Source: an uncultured Chloroflexia bacterium (lineage in GTDB: Bacteria; Chloroflexota; Anaerolineae; Anaerolineales; UBA4823). Taken from it: a stretch of 64,000 bases of DNA. The position numbers and the translations under genes were made by a program. The notes beneath the pieces are model-generated. The model made no database searches, was not told the origin of the DNA, and worked only from the letters and a program-made list of their open reading frames with translations. The stretch covers positions 137,865 to 201,864 of the forward strand of contig CAVZGO010000002.1 of the NCBI GenBank assembly GCA_963774935.1. The letters run 5' to 3'. Within the stretch, counting starts at the first letter, position 1. Each line of letters opens with the position of its first letter. Of the stretch, positions 10,819-19,860 are shown piece by piece.

Positions 10819-11084
10819 TGAAACTGATAATTGCGATCGTGCGTGACAGTGATAATGAGCCCGTCTCCCAGGCACTCATTATAGAGGGTTATCGTGTGAC
10901 CCGTGTTGCCTCGACCGGTGGTTTCTTCCGGCGCGGCTCAACCACTCTCCTGGTTGGCGTGGATGATGAAAAGGTAAAAAGTGGAATCGAGGTCATCCGC
11001 AGCAACCTGGGACCTGGCACAGAGCCAGGAGCAAGCCGGGCAACGGTGTTCGTTGTGGACGTAGAGCATTTCGTTCAGCTTTGA
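10818..11084 (+). CDS. PII-like cyclic-di-AMP receptor family protein (DarA/PstA-like, DUF970), paralog 2
   Basis: 88 aa. MKLIIAIVRDSDNEPVSQALIIEGYRVTRVASTGGFFRRGSTTLLVGVDDEKV...ATVFVVDVEHFVQL is closely DarA-like. The start overlaps the upstream stop (TAATG), with GGGAGG 7 nt upstream. Confidence 0.8.
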   Translation: MKLIIAIVRDSDNEPVSQALIIEGYRVTRVASTGGFFRRGSTTLLVGVDDEKVKSGIEVIRSNLGPGTEPGASRATVFVVDVEHFVQL

Positions 11085-11093
11085 CTGAATAAT

Positions 11094-11663
11094 TTATTCG
11101 TGAAACTCTTCTACGTGATAAATATAAACCTGAAGAGATTTCCTGCGCCATAAGTCTGCTGGAGCACCCATTTTCTGGCACAGGTGCTCCAGGAAATCGA
11201 CCGGATTGGGCAGTTTCTCCCAAACTTGAGGCAAGAACGTTGCTTTGCGCCCGCTATCCATCAGGATCACCCCATCCTCACCCACAATCAGTTTTTTTAT
11301 CAATTCATCCGGACTTTTATACTCCAACGGCTGCGGGATCGTCAGGCGCGAAATTTCTATATTGATATACGGGAGCTCTGCTGCATCGACTGGCAGGAAG
11401 CGGTAATCTTGCAGCGCGGCTGCTACGGCATGCTGGCGGACATCCTCTGCCAGGGGCACGGAGGGCTCCAGCGCACCTATACAGCCGCGCAGCGCACCGT
11501 GTATGGTCAGGGTGACAAAGCTGGCTTCTTTCTGGCGTAAGCGGGGCGAGAGGCTGTCTAAGTCAAGCCGCGGCAAGCGCTCCCCGCGCACGGCGGCTTC
11601 CATCGCCTGGCGGGCAATTTGGAGTAACACCTGTCGCTCTTCCGCAGTTAATGGATCGCTCAT
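11094..11663 (-). CDS. AMMECR1 domain protein (AmmeMemoRadiSam system protein A family)
   Basis: 189 aa with ASFVTLTIHGALRGCIGALEPSVPLAEDV and GRKATFLPQVWEKLP, both hallmark AMMECR1 motifs. Confidence 0.85.
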   Translation of the reverse strand: MSDPLTAEERQVLLQIARQAMEAAVRGERLPRLDLDSLSPRLRQKEASFVTLTIHGALRGCIGALEPSVPLAEDVRQHAVAAALQDYRFLPVDAAELPYINIEISRLTIPQPLEYKSPDELIKKLIVGEDGVILMDSGRKATFLPQVWEKLPNPVDFLEHLCQKMGAPADLWRRKSLQVYIYHVEEFHE

Positions 11664-12157
11664 TTATTGATCTCCCAATATTCTCGCTCGTGATAGACCA
11701 GAGGCGGCAATTTTTCACCCAGGCGCGACGCCACCACCTGCCCGATAAACAAGCGGCTGGCGCCAGCGTCATATTTGAATACCACCTGGCAATCCAAACC
11801 AGCCAGACCGTCTGCTAATAGTGGAGCGCCTGTGAGGAGCGTGTATGTCTCCAGGCCGGCAAAGCGATCCTGGCTTTCTGTAGTGCGCCCGGCAAATCGT
11901 TCTGACAATTCGCGCTGCTGGCTATTAAGGATGGTGATCGCAAATGCTCCTGACGATTCAACCATCCTGCAAGTGCGTGCATCCACCGCCAGTGCCACAC
12001 CAATCAACGGCGGATCGAGGGCAATCGAATTGAATGAGTTCACTGTCATGCCATGCATCTGATCCGCATCGCAGGCTGCCACGATGGTCACCCCAGAAGT
12101 CCAGCGGCGCATAGCACGGCGTAGATCTTCCGAATTAATAATCATTTTATCGCTCAT
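11660..12157 (-). CDS. flavin reductase-like FMN-binding domain protein
   Basis: MSDKMIINSEDLRRAMRRWTSGVTIVAA...GMTVNSFNSIALDPPLIGVAL...FAITILNSQQRELSERFAG is the flavin reductase domain pattern. The tracked ORF extends to 12322 only by reading through the IS end, so the start is placed at ATG 12157. There is a 4-nt ATGA overlap with the AMMECR1 gene. Confidence 0.8.
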   Translation of the reverse strand: MSDKMIINSEDLRRAMRRWTSGVTIVAACDADQMHGMTVNSFNSIALDPPLIGVALAVDARTCRMVESSGAFAITILNSQQRELSERFAGRTTESQDRFAGLETYTLLTGAPLLADGLAGLDCQVVFKYDAGASRLFIGQVVASRLGEKLPPLVYHEREYWEINK

Positions 12158-12204
12158 CAAGAATGTCCCTTTCTCAAATTTCATTATAATCCTGAACCTG
12201 AAAA

Positions 12205-13506
12205 CACGGCTTTCACAAGGTAGGTTGACAAAATAAGCGGTCTTCTTCGGTATACTTGTTGCGCCAAACACCAAGCACCGGAGAAGACCAAAATGGATTA
12301 TACCAACCTGCGACCTAATCAAGACATAGATGAGAACGGCCTGGTATTCGAAGTGGGAAGTTTATATGCCTATTTTCAGCGAGTGAAAGACACGCGAAAG
12401 CTCAAAGGGAAGCTGTACCCGCTAACGCAATTGCTGATGCTGATGATGTTAGCGAAATTGGGGGGTGAAGATAAGCCAAGCGGGATAGCCGACTGGATTG
12501 CCAACCGAGTTGAACAGCTACACGAGATGAAAATCTTGCATAAGAAGAGGACGCCCAGCCACATGACCTATCGACGAGTACTGGCAGACACCGTGAAACC
12601 AGAAGAGTTTGAGAGTTTGATCCAAGAATATCACCAGGGGCGACTGAATGATGAGCTAGAGATGGTGTTTAGCATGGATGGCAAGACGGTCAGGGGCACA
12701 ATTCCAAGCGGAGAGCTAAGAGGCACCCATTTGTTGAGCATTTATGTGCCGGAACAAGGCCTGGTGCTGGCAGAAGCTGAAGTAGATCGCAAGGAAAACG
12801 AGATTGTGGTGGCGCCGAAGATCCTCAAACAAGTCAACTTGCAGGGTGCGATTGTGTTGGGCGATGCAATGCATGCCCAGCGGAACGCTTCTGACCAAAT
12901 TGTCGCTGACGGTGGCGAGTACATTTGGACAATCAAAGGCAATCAGCCACACACACATTGGGCCATCGAGAAGTTGTTTGTGCATGAAGTGTGTAATCAA
13001 CGCCAAGGTGCACCTCTGTCGAAACATTGCCAGATGGTTTCGCAAGTCAATAAGGGACATGGACGGATTGAGAAACGCACCATCATGGTTAGTACAGAGC
13101 TGAACGACTACCTGGATTGGCCACATCTGGCACAGGTCTTTCGTATCGAAAGAACCATCTGGTATGAAAAGTACAAAGGCCGTACTCGTCAAGTCGTCTA
13201 TGGCTTGACCAGTCTGACACCTGCTGAAGCCTCACCGGAGCGACTGCTGGCTTTTGTGCGCCAGTATTGGGGGATCGAAAATGGACTGCACTATCGCAGA
13301 GATGTTACCTTACGAGAAGATGCCACGCGCCTCACGGTTGGCAATGCTGGTCACAACATGGCGATCTTCAATAATCTTGTGATCGGCCTTGCCATCCAGC
13401 ATGGTTTTCATAATCTTGCCAAGGCGCGTCGTTTGTTTAATGCCCAGCCCTCCCAGGCTCTCAACCTGATCCTTTCGGCTGGAACTCCCTTCTTGTGAAA
13501 GCCGTG
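12205..13506 (+). mobile_element. ISAs1-family insertion sequence (1302 bp) with 15-bp perfect terminal inverted repeats and 10-bp target-site duplication
   Basis: IR-L cacggctttcacaag (12205-12219) and IR-R cttgtgaaagccgtg (13492-13506) are exact reverse complements. The direct repeat aacctgaaaa flanks both ends (12195-12204 and 13507-13516). A single transposase ORF lies inside. Confidence 0.85.
12293..13498 (+). CDS. ISAs1-family (H-repeat-associated type) DDE transposase
   Basis: 401 aa with DGKTVRGT, ENEIVVAPKILKQVNLQGAIVLGDAMHAQ, GGEYIWTIKGNQ, KGHGRIEKR and YWGIENGLHYRRDVTLREDATR, as in ISAs1/YhhI-type transposases. The stop codon lies inside IR-R. Confidence 0.9.
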   Translation: MDYTNLRPNQDIDENGLVFEVGSLYAYFQRVKDTRKLKGKLYPLTQLLMLMMLAKLGGEDKPSGIADWIANRVEQLHEMKILHKKRTPSHMTYRRVLADTVKPEEFESLIQEYHQGRLNDELEMVFSMDGKTVRGTIPSGELRGTHLLSIYVPEQGLVLAEAEVDRKENEIVVAPKILKQVNLQGAIVLGDAMHAQRNASDQIVADGGEYIWTIKGNQPHTHWAIEKLFVHEVCNQRQGAPLSKHCQMVSQVNKGHGRIEKRTIMVSTELNDYLDWPHLAQVFRIERTIWYEKYKGRTRQVVYGLTSLTPAEASPERLLAFVRQYWGIENGLHYRRDVTLREDATRLTVGNAGHNMAIFNNLVIGLAIQHGFHNLAKARRLFNAQPSQALNLILSAGTPFL

Positions 13507-13525
13507 AACCTGAAAAACCTTCCCC

Positions 13526-13554
13526 TTCACAATTCTGCTATTCTGTGATAAATT
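13526..13554 (+). promoter_or_regulatory. putative sigma70-type promoter of rpsF-ssb-rpsR
   Basis: TTCACA (13526-13531), 17-nt spacer, TAAATT (13549-13554), about 90 nt upstream of rpsF. Pattern match only. Confidence 0.35.
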
Positions 13555-13645
13555 AATCCGCCGGTCGTGCTACGACCAGCTTTCCGCTCCCGGCTCACCG
13601 ACGGTGGTGTCCAGGGGCATATCCCGAGGAAAGGAGGCATTCCCA

Positions 13646-13927
13646 ATGCGCGAATATGAGTTAGTTCTCGTCCTCAATCCAGATCTGGATGATACAGCCG
13701 CGACTGAGCTGGTCAATAAGATCAAGGGTTGGATCACCGACGGCGGTGGTGAGCTGGCTAAAGTGGATGTTTGGGGTCGGCGCAAGCTGGCTTACCTGAT
13801 CCGCAAGCAGAGCGAAGGTGTATATTACCTGCTGCACATTAACATGGACCCAAAGTTCGGCATCACCCTGGAACGCAATCTGCGTTTCGCTGAGCCAGTG
13901 ATGCGCTTCCTGATCATTGCCAAGTAA
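13646..13927 (+). CDS. rpsF: 30S ribosomal protein S6
   Basis: MREYELVLVLNPDLDD...VDVWGRRKLAYLIRK is the canonical S6 sequence. AGGAGG precedes ATG 13646. The tracked ORF start at 13604 is an upstream GTG extension. Confidence 0.9.
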   Translation: MREYELVLVLNPDLDDTAATELVNKIKGWITDGGGELAKVDVWGRRKLAYLIRKQSEGVYYLLHINMDPKFGITLERNLRFAEPVMRFLIIAK

Positions 13928-13975
13928 TCCGTTTTGGAGATAGTTTCCGGCAGTTAGCTGCCGAGGAGTACCATA

Positions 13976-14371
13976 ATGACTCGCGGATTAAATAAAGTTT
14001 TGATCATCGGTCGGGTCGGGCGTGAGCCAGAAATGCGCTATACCCCCTCAGGCAGACCGGTGACGACCTTCAGTGTGTCCACCAGCCGATCCTGGAATAC
14101 CGCGGACGGCGCCCGGCGCACTGAAACCGAGTGGTTCAACATCGTCGCCTGGAGCAACCTGGCTGAAATATGTAAGCAATATTTAACCAAGGACCGCCTC
14201 GTATATATCGAAGGTCGTTTGCAGACCCGCCACTGGGATGACCAGGAAGGCAACAAGCACACTGCAACCGAGATTGTCGCAAATGAGATGATCATGCTGG
14301 ATGAAAAGCGTGATGGTAATCATGGCGGTGAGGCTGAGGCTGAGGAACATGATGATGAGTTTCCGTTCTAA
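13976..14371 (+). CDS. ssb: single-stranded DNA-binding protein
   Basis: LNKVLIIGRVGREPEMRYTPSGRPVTTFSV...EWFNIVAWSNLAE...LVYIEGRLQTRHWDD and an acidic tail ending DDEFPF. Confidence 0.95.
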   Translation: MTRGLNKVLIIGRVGREPEMRYTPSGRPVTTFSVSTSRSWNTADGARRTETEWFNIVAWSNLAEICKQYLTKDRLVYIEGRLQTRHWDDQEGNKHTATEIVANEMIMLDEKRDGNHGGEAEAEEHDDEFPF

Positions 14372-14449
14372 CGACAGTGTGGGCTCAATTAACACTGGAA
14401 ATCTTTCATAGTATATACGGCGGGAATTCTCCGCCGAAGGAGTAATATC

Positions 14450-14719
14450 GTGAGCGATCAATCGCTAAATCAAAATGAAGGTCAAGGTGGTCGCCGGTTT
14501 TTTGCCCGGCCAAAGGAATGCCAGTTTTGTGGTGAGAAAAATACTGTTATCGACTACAAGAACGTCGAGCTGCTGCGCCGATATATCACCGACGAGGGCA
14601 AAATCCGCCCACGCCGCCAAACCGGTACATGTGCCCGCCACCAACGCGAGCTGGCTATCGCGGTCAAACGCGCCCGCCATATTGCCCTGGTTCCATTCTC
14701 AGGCGAAGTCCTGCGCTAA
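14450..14719 (+). CDS. rpsR: 30S ribosomal protein S18
   Basis: [63 protein letters not shown] start preceded by AAGGAG. Confidence 0.9.
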   Translation: MSDQSLNQNEGQGGRRFFARPKECQFCGEKNTVIDYKNVELLRRYITDEGKIRPRRQTGTCARHQRELAIAVKRARHIALVPFSGEVLR

Positions 14720-14728
14720 CCCAACCCT

Positions 14729-16135
14729 ATGAGCACGGCACCCAGAAATCCCGTTCCTACCAAGAAACACCTGGCACGCCAGCAAAAAGAACGGAAGTAC
14801 ACACTTTATATTATCATTGCTACCATTGCGGTTGGGGTAGCGGTGGTTGGATTATTGTTATACGGTCTATTGCAGTCCAGCGTATTCCAGCCCCGGCAAA
14901 CCGTAGCCGATGTGAATGGTGAAAATATCTCAACCGGAGATTGGCAAGCCCAAACCCGCTTCGCCAGGGCGAACATTATCTCCAATGCGACTTACACATT
15001 GAACATGGCATCGCAGTTCAATGACACATCCTACCTGTCCTATTTCGCTCAACAACTCAACCAGTATAAAACTCAGCTCGATCCTCAGACCATCAGCAAG
15101 CAGGTGCTGGACCAGATGGTTGACAATATTATCATCGAGAAAGAAGCTGAGAAACTGGGCGTAAGTGTTAGCGATGCAGAGGTAGATGAAGCCATCCAAT
15201 CTGCATTTGGCTTTTATCCCAATGGTACCCCGACCCCGCAACCGACGTTAGTCATTAATCCCACATCGACACTGAATCCATTACAGCTTACCTTGACCGC
15301 TCCAACAGCGACACCGGTAATCACAGCAACGGCAACCTCAGTCCCGACTTCTGCTGCGACAGCCACTGCGGCACAACCACTCGAGGCTACTCCGGTGGTT
15401 ACCAGCACTGGCGTGGTCAGCCCAACCGCTACTGCTGGACCAACCCTGGTTCCAACTGTGGTCCCGACTGCCACACCTTATACCGAGGAAGGCTTCAAAC
15501 AGCTCTATCGCGAGCGGTTGGATGAATTCAAAACCAACTACAACGTATCTGAGAGCACCATTCGCAGCATGTTCTTTTATGACCTTCTGCGTACTAAGGT
15601 GCAAGATGCAGTATTGGCTGATCTTGAACCTACTCGCCCCGAAGTATGGGCGCGCCATATCCTGGTTGCCGATGAACTCGTGGCAAACGATCTCTATGAC
15701 CGCATCCAGGCTGGAGAAGACTTTTGCGACCTGGCAGCAGAAAACTCAACCGATGAAAGCAACAAGTTCAACTGCGGTGACCTGGGCTGGTTCCCTAAGG
15801 GTCAGATGGTTGCCGCATTCGAAGATGCTGCCTTTGCAATGAAGCCTGGCGATCTCAGCGAGCCGGTGCAAACCGAGTTCGGCTGGCATATCATCCAGGT
15901 GATTGGCAGCGAGGTGCGCTCGATCTCGGAGACAGATTTCAGCTCGCTAAAGCAAACAAAATTCACCGAATGGCTGGATGCAAGAAGAAGCGAATACGAA
16001 ATCAATATACGTGATTTCTGGGCTGATCGTGCACCTACTGAGCCAAGCTTACCGGTAGAAGTTGACCAGTTCCTTGCGTATGTCGAGCAAGCGCAACAGC
16101 AAACCCCTGTTGCTACCGAACAAGTTATCCCTTAA
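14729..16135 (+). CDS. membrane-anchored parvulin-type peptidyl-prolyl cis-trans isomerase (PrsA/SurA-like)
   Basis: N-terminal TM helix. Pro/Thr/Ala-rich linker (about nt 15230-15480). PpiC domain ARHILVADE...CGDLGWFPKGQMVAAFEDAAFAMKPGDLSEPVQTEFGWHIIQV. Confidence 0.85.
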   Translation: MSTAPRNPVPTKKHLARQQKERKYTLYIIIATIAVGVAVVGLLLYGLLQSSVFQPRQTVADVNGENISTGDWQAQTRFARANIISNATYTLNMASQFNDTSYLSYFAQQLNQYKTQLDPQTISKQVLDQMVDNIIIEKEAEKLGVSVSDAEVDEAIQSAFGFYPNGTPTPQPTLVINPTSTLNPLQLTLTAPTATPVITATATSVPTSAATATAAQPLEATPVVTSTGVVSPTATAGPTLVPTVVPTATPYTEEGFKQLYRERLDEFKTNYNVSESTIRSMFFYDLLRTKVQDAVLADLEPTRPEVWARHILVADELVANDLYDRIQAGEDFCDLAAENSTDESNKFNCGDLGWFPKGQMVAAFEDAAFAMKPGDLSEPVQTEFGWHIIQVIGSEVRSISETDFSSLKQTKFTEWLDARRSEYEINIRDFWADRAPTEPSLPVEVDQFLAYVEQAQQQTPVATEQVIP

Positions 16136-16150
16136 CTATTTGCATTAACA

Positions 16151-16192
16151 AAAAAGTTGAGCATCAGTTTCACCTGATGCTCAACTTTTTTA
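16151..16192. terminator. bidirectional intrinsic terminator between PPIase gene and smc
   Basis: aaaaa-GTTGAGCATCAG (16156-16167), loop tttcac, CTGATGCTCAAC (16174-16185), then tttttt. Perfect 12-bp stem with an A-tract upstream and a T-tract downstream. Confidence 0.7.
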
Positions 16193-16200
16193 TTTAAGGA

Positions 16201-19200
16201 TTAATCCACTATCTTGCTAACTTCATCCAGCTTCAGGCTGAGTACCTGGCTTACCGAGTCATGGCCCATCGTCACACCATAGATTATTTCTGCCGCCTGG
16301 ACGGTGTTGCGGTTATGCGTGACCACCACGAACTGAGTTTGCTCGCTCAGCTCACGCAGCAGCTCTCTGAAACGACCGACATTGGCTTCATCGAGCATGG
16401 CATCCACTTCATCCAGCACGCAGAACGGCGTTGGTGAGACACGCAGCAGCGCAAACACCAGGGCAACCGCAGTCAGGCTGCGCTCACCGCCTGAGAGCAA
16501 GGAAAGCCCCTGCGTGCGCCGGCCTGGAAGACGTGCATCGATATCGATGCCGCTCTCGGTCAGGTCCTCCGGATCCGTCAGGAGCAAACGCGCTGTTCCG
16601 CCGCCAAACAAGCGGGTGAAAATCGTTTTGAATTCGCTTGCCACCGCGTCGAAGGTTTTCCGGAAATCGCGCTGCATCAAGCCGTCCAGCTCGTGGATCA
16701 CCTCGCGCACGTCGGCTTCTGCCTTGTGCAGGTCTGCCAGCTGGTCGACCAGGAAAGCGTGCCGCTCTTTGACTTCTTTGTACTCCAACTGTGCTTCCGG
16801 ATTGACCGGTCCGATGCGGCGGAGCTGGGCGCGCTGGCGACGTATGCCTTCTTCGATATCTGCGCCCAGCTCGGTCAGCCGTGGCAGCTGCTCGACCATG
16901 CCGTCAAATGGCAGCGGCGCCTGTCCTGAGACCTGCTCGGCAAACTCAAAGGCAACCAGACCAAAATCCTCTTCGATGTGGCGCTGCAAGGATGCCAGCC
17001 CTTCCTGCCGGCGTACCAGGGTAATGCGTGCCTGAGAGACGCGGTGGTCAGCCAAACTGACTCCCTGGCGAGCCTCCGTCTCCGCTCCGCTGAGCGCCTC
17101 ATGCTGCTTCTCGAGCTCATCTAGCTGCTGTTCAGCCGGTTCGATCTGGCGGTTCAGCTCTTCAATCTTCTGGGTAAGCTCAGCTTCCGCCTGGCGAAAT
17201 CCGGCTTTGCCCTGCTCCAGCGCCTGCCGGTTGGACTCAAGCTCAGCGATGCGCTTTTCCACACCTTCACGCAACTGGTGGTTTTTTTGCACAATCAACT
17301 GGCGCTCTTGCTGGCGCTTGGCTGCATCGCTCAGGGCGCGCTCAACAACCGCCAGGCGTGTATTCCAATGTGCCAGATCACTCTGCAGCTCGTCGAGCGC
17401 TAATCCGGCTAACACAGCGCTGCGCTGGCGTAAAGAATCTCGGGCGTCATTGATTTGCTCCCCCAATGTTTTTAATTCTCTCTTTGCCAGATCCAGCTCC
17501 GTCTCCAGACGATTTATTTCCGCGCTCAGGTGCTCTCGCTGTTCAATCTGCCAGTCAGACTGGCGCCGGGCTTGTTCTAACTCACCCTGGTGTCGCATTA
17601 CATCAGATGCTGCTTTTTCCTGCGCTAATTTAGCGGTGTTTTTCTGCTGGATGAGGCGGCGAGCTTCGATTTCCAATTCTTTCTGTGTTTGAGTCAAATC
17701 GGCTATGCGCAAGCCAAGTGCTTGTACAGCTTCGTCCGATTGGCGGTGCAGCGCTTCCAACTCGACTTGCTGGCGCTGGCGGGCTAACAGGCTGCCACGA
17801 CCATCGATCGCCGGAACTCCATCGCTTTTTCCCGCGCTGATGACCGGCCCGCTGGCATAGAATATTTCTCCAGACAGGCTCACCAGGCGCAGGTTCATAC
17901 TGTTTTCAGGTGGCAAACGGCGCACCTGTTCCAGCTTGTCGATGCAAGCCTGGCGGTCACGTAACACCCAGGCACGCCCTAACAGAATTTCTAATGCCGG
18001 ACGAAGAGATTCAGGTGCCACTATCAAGTCTGCCGCTACACCCACCCAATTTGGATCTGCAGCATCGATCATTCCTGATGCCAGTGGATCCATGCGGGAA
18101 GCGATTTGTAACTCTGACAGGGGCAATAAGACACCCCGGGTGCCGCCTTGAGCCAGCATTGCAAGCGCCTGGAGAGCATCAGTCTCTAACAATACCGCAT
18201 CAAAGAATTCACCCATGGCAGAAGTGATGGCTGCCTCCAACTCAACGGGAACCTGCAGATGCTGGATGAGCGCGCCTTTCACGCCCTTGAGCTCGCTCTG
18301 GCGGCTGGCGGTGAGCAAACGACGAACACCATCTGCATAACCAGTCAACGCCGCCTCCGCCTGCTCCAGCACTTGCTGCTGCGCTTTCACCCTGGCGAGC
18401 TGCGCATTCTGATTGGATAGCTCATCAGCCAGCGAGCGCCGGTCGGCATGCAGCGCCTCCTGGCGGGCAGTGTGCTTCGCCAGTGCTTCCTCTGATTCTG
18501 CGGCTGCCTGGCTCACCTCAGTCAAGTTTTGCTGAGCCTCTTGATGCCTTTGTCTGGCAGCCTGCAGAGCTGCAGCAGATTTGTCTATCGCTTGCGATGT
18601 GCTTTCGAGGTTCAGGCGGCTGCGAGTGACCAATGCCTCACGTTCGCCCAGCACCGCCTGCAGCTCTCCCTGGCGCGCGTTCAATGCCCCCAGTCTCTGG
18701 CGGGCGCTTTGAATTTCATCTTCTGCTTTCCGCCGTTCTTCCAGACGCTCTTGTAATGCCTGGCGTGCTCCGCCTGCTTGCTGCTGGGCTTCATCACGCT
18801 CGGCTTCCAGCCGCTCCTGCTCATGCTGGCTCGCAATAAACTGCGCCTGGCTGAGCTCGATTTCTCCATCCAATCTCGCTAGTTCATCCTGCAGGCTTTC
18901 CTGCTGGCTCTCGAGCGAAACCACCCGCTCGCTGGCTACAGCCAGCTCACGGCTGGCGGCTTCGCGCTGGTTATGCTGCAATGAAAGCTGGCGGTGCCAC
19001 TGGTTGAGGTCCACTCGCAGCACCTGGAGGCGTTCGCGCAGACCGGTGATCTGCCCATCGAGTTTTTCCAGCTTGCTGCGCTCTCGCTCAAGCACGCTTT
19101 CCAACCCTCGCACAGCTTCGCGCGCTTCCGACCACTCCCGCTGGTCGCGGTGCCAGTGGTATCCATACCAATCTCGCAGCAGCAGGCGCAGGTCAGCCTT

Positions 19201-19860
19201 CACCTGGTCATATTCCTGGGCGCGGCGTGCCTGGCGCTCCAGACTGCGCAGGCGCGGTTCCAGCTCCGCCAGGATATCCTCCACCCGTTCCAGGTTACGG
19301 TGCGTTGCATCCAGGCGGCGCAGGGCTTCCTCACGACGGGCGCGGTAGAGTCCGATGCCTGCAGCTTCCTCAAACAAGCGCCGGCGGTCCTCAGCCTTTA
19401 ATGCCAGAGCAGCATCCACCAGACCCTGACCGATGATCGTATAGGTGCGCTCTGCCAGCCCTGATTGCGCCAGCAGCTCAGAGACATCCTTCAGTCGAAC
19501 GCGCTGCCCATTGATCAAATACTCGTTGGTGCCATCTCGATAAGCACGGCGGGTGATTGCCACTTCACTAAAGTCGATCGGCAGCCAGTTATCCTGGTTG
19601 TCAAAAGTGATTGTCGCCGAAGCCATACCCGCGCGCGTGCGCTGCTCCGAGCCCGAGAAAATCATGTCCTCAGTGCGCTTACCTCGCAGGAGATGGAAGG
19701 ACTGTTCGCCCAACACCCAGCGGATGCTGTCTGCGATGTTCGATTTACCGCTGCCATTCGGCCCCACGATCGCAGTAATGGCGCCAGCGAACTCAAAAAT
19801 TGTGCGATTGGCGAACGTCTTATAACCCTGCAGATCTAAACTTTTTAAGCGTGAGACCAT
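16201..19860 (-). CDS. smc: chromosome segregation protein SMC
   Basis: About 1220 aa. Walker A GPNGSGKSN, long coiled coils, a hinge, the signature LSGGERSLTAVALVFA and Walker B FCVLDEVDAMLD. ATG 19860 overlaps the rnc stop (TGATG). Confidence 0.95.
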   Translation of the reverse strand: MVSRLKSLDLQGYKTFANRTIFEFAGAITAIVGPNGSGKSNIADSIRWVLGEQSFHLLRGKRTEDMIFSGSEQRTRAGMASATITFDNQDNWLPIDFSEVAITRRAYRDGTNEYLINGQRVRLKDVSELLAQSGLAERTYTIIGQGLVDAALALKAEDRRRLFEEAAGIGLYRARREEALRRLDATHRNLERVEDILAELEPRLRSLERQARRAQEYDQVKADLRLLLRDWYGYHWHRDQREWSEAREAVRGLESVLERERSKLEKLDGQITGLRERLQVLRVDLNQWHRQLSLQHNQREAASRELAVASERVVSLESQQESLQDELARLDGEIELSQAQFIASQHEQERLEAERDEAQQQAGGARQALQERLEERRKAEDEIQSARQRLGALNARQGELQAVLGEREALVTRSRLNLESTSQAIDKSAAALQAARQRHQEAQQNLTEVSQAAAESEEALAKHTARQEALHADRRSLADELSNQNAQLARVKAQQQVLEQAEAALTGYADGVRRLLTASRQSELKGVKGALIQHLQVPVELEAAITSAMGEFFDAVLLETDALQALAMLAQGGTRGVLLPLSELQIASRMDPLASGMIDAADPNWVGVAADLIVAPESLRPALEILLGRAWVLRDRQACIDKLEQVRRLPPENSMNLRLVSLSGEIFYASGPVISAGKSDGVPAIDGRGSLLARQRQQVELEALHRQSDEAVQALGLRIADLTQTQKELEIEARRLIQQKNTAKLAQEKAASDVMRHQGELEQARRQSDWQIEQREHLSAEINRLETELDLAKRELKTLGEQINDARDSLRQRSAVLAGLALDELQSDLAHWNTRLAVVERALSDAAKRQQERQLIVQKNHQLREGVEKRIAELESNRQALEQGKAGFRQAEAELTQKIEELNRQIEPAEQQLDELEKQHEALSGAETEARQGVSLADHRVSQARITLVRRQEGLASLQRHIEEDFGLVAFEFAEQVSGQAPLPFDGMVEQLPRLTELGADIEEGIRRQRAQLRRIGPVNPEAQLEYKEVKERHAFLVDQLADLHKAEADVREVIHELDGLMQRDFRKTFDAVASEFKTIFTRLFGGGTARLLLTDPEDLTESGIDIDARLPGRRTQGLSLLSGGERSLTAVALVFALLRVSPTPFCVLDEVDAMLDEANVGRFRELLRELSEQTQFVVVTHNRNTVQAAEIIYGVTMGHDSVSQVLSLKLDEVSKIVD

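Noticed and set aside
12158-12322. N-terminal extension of the flavin reductase ORF to 12322
   Set aside because: The extension reads across the ISAs1 inverted repeat and into the transposase start region. The flavin reductase domain starts at MSDKMII (ATG 12157).
16382-19839. Many long plus-strand ORFs (e.g. 16382..17035, 17207..17692, 18994..19401, 19465..19839) overlapping smc
   Set aside because: They lie antisense to a gene with unmistakable SMC motifs. Their translations are Arg/Ser/Ala-rich low-complexity strings with no motifs. They are typical antisense open frames in GC-rich coiled-coil-coding DNA.
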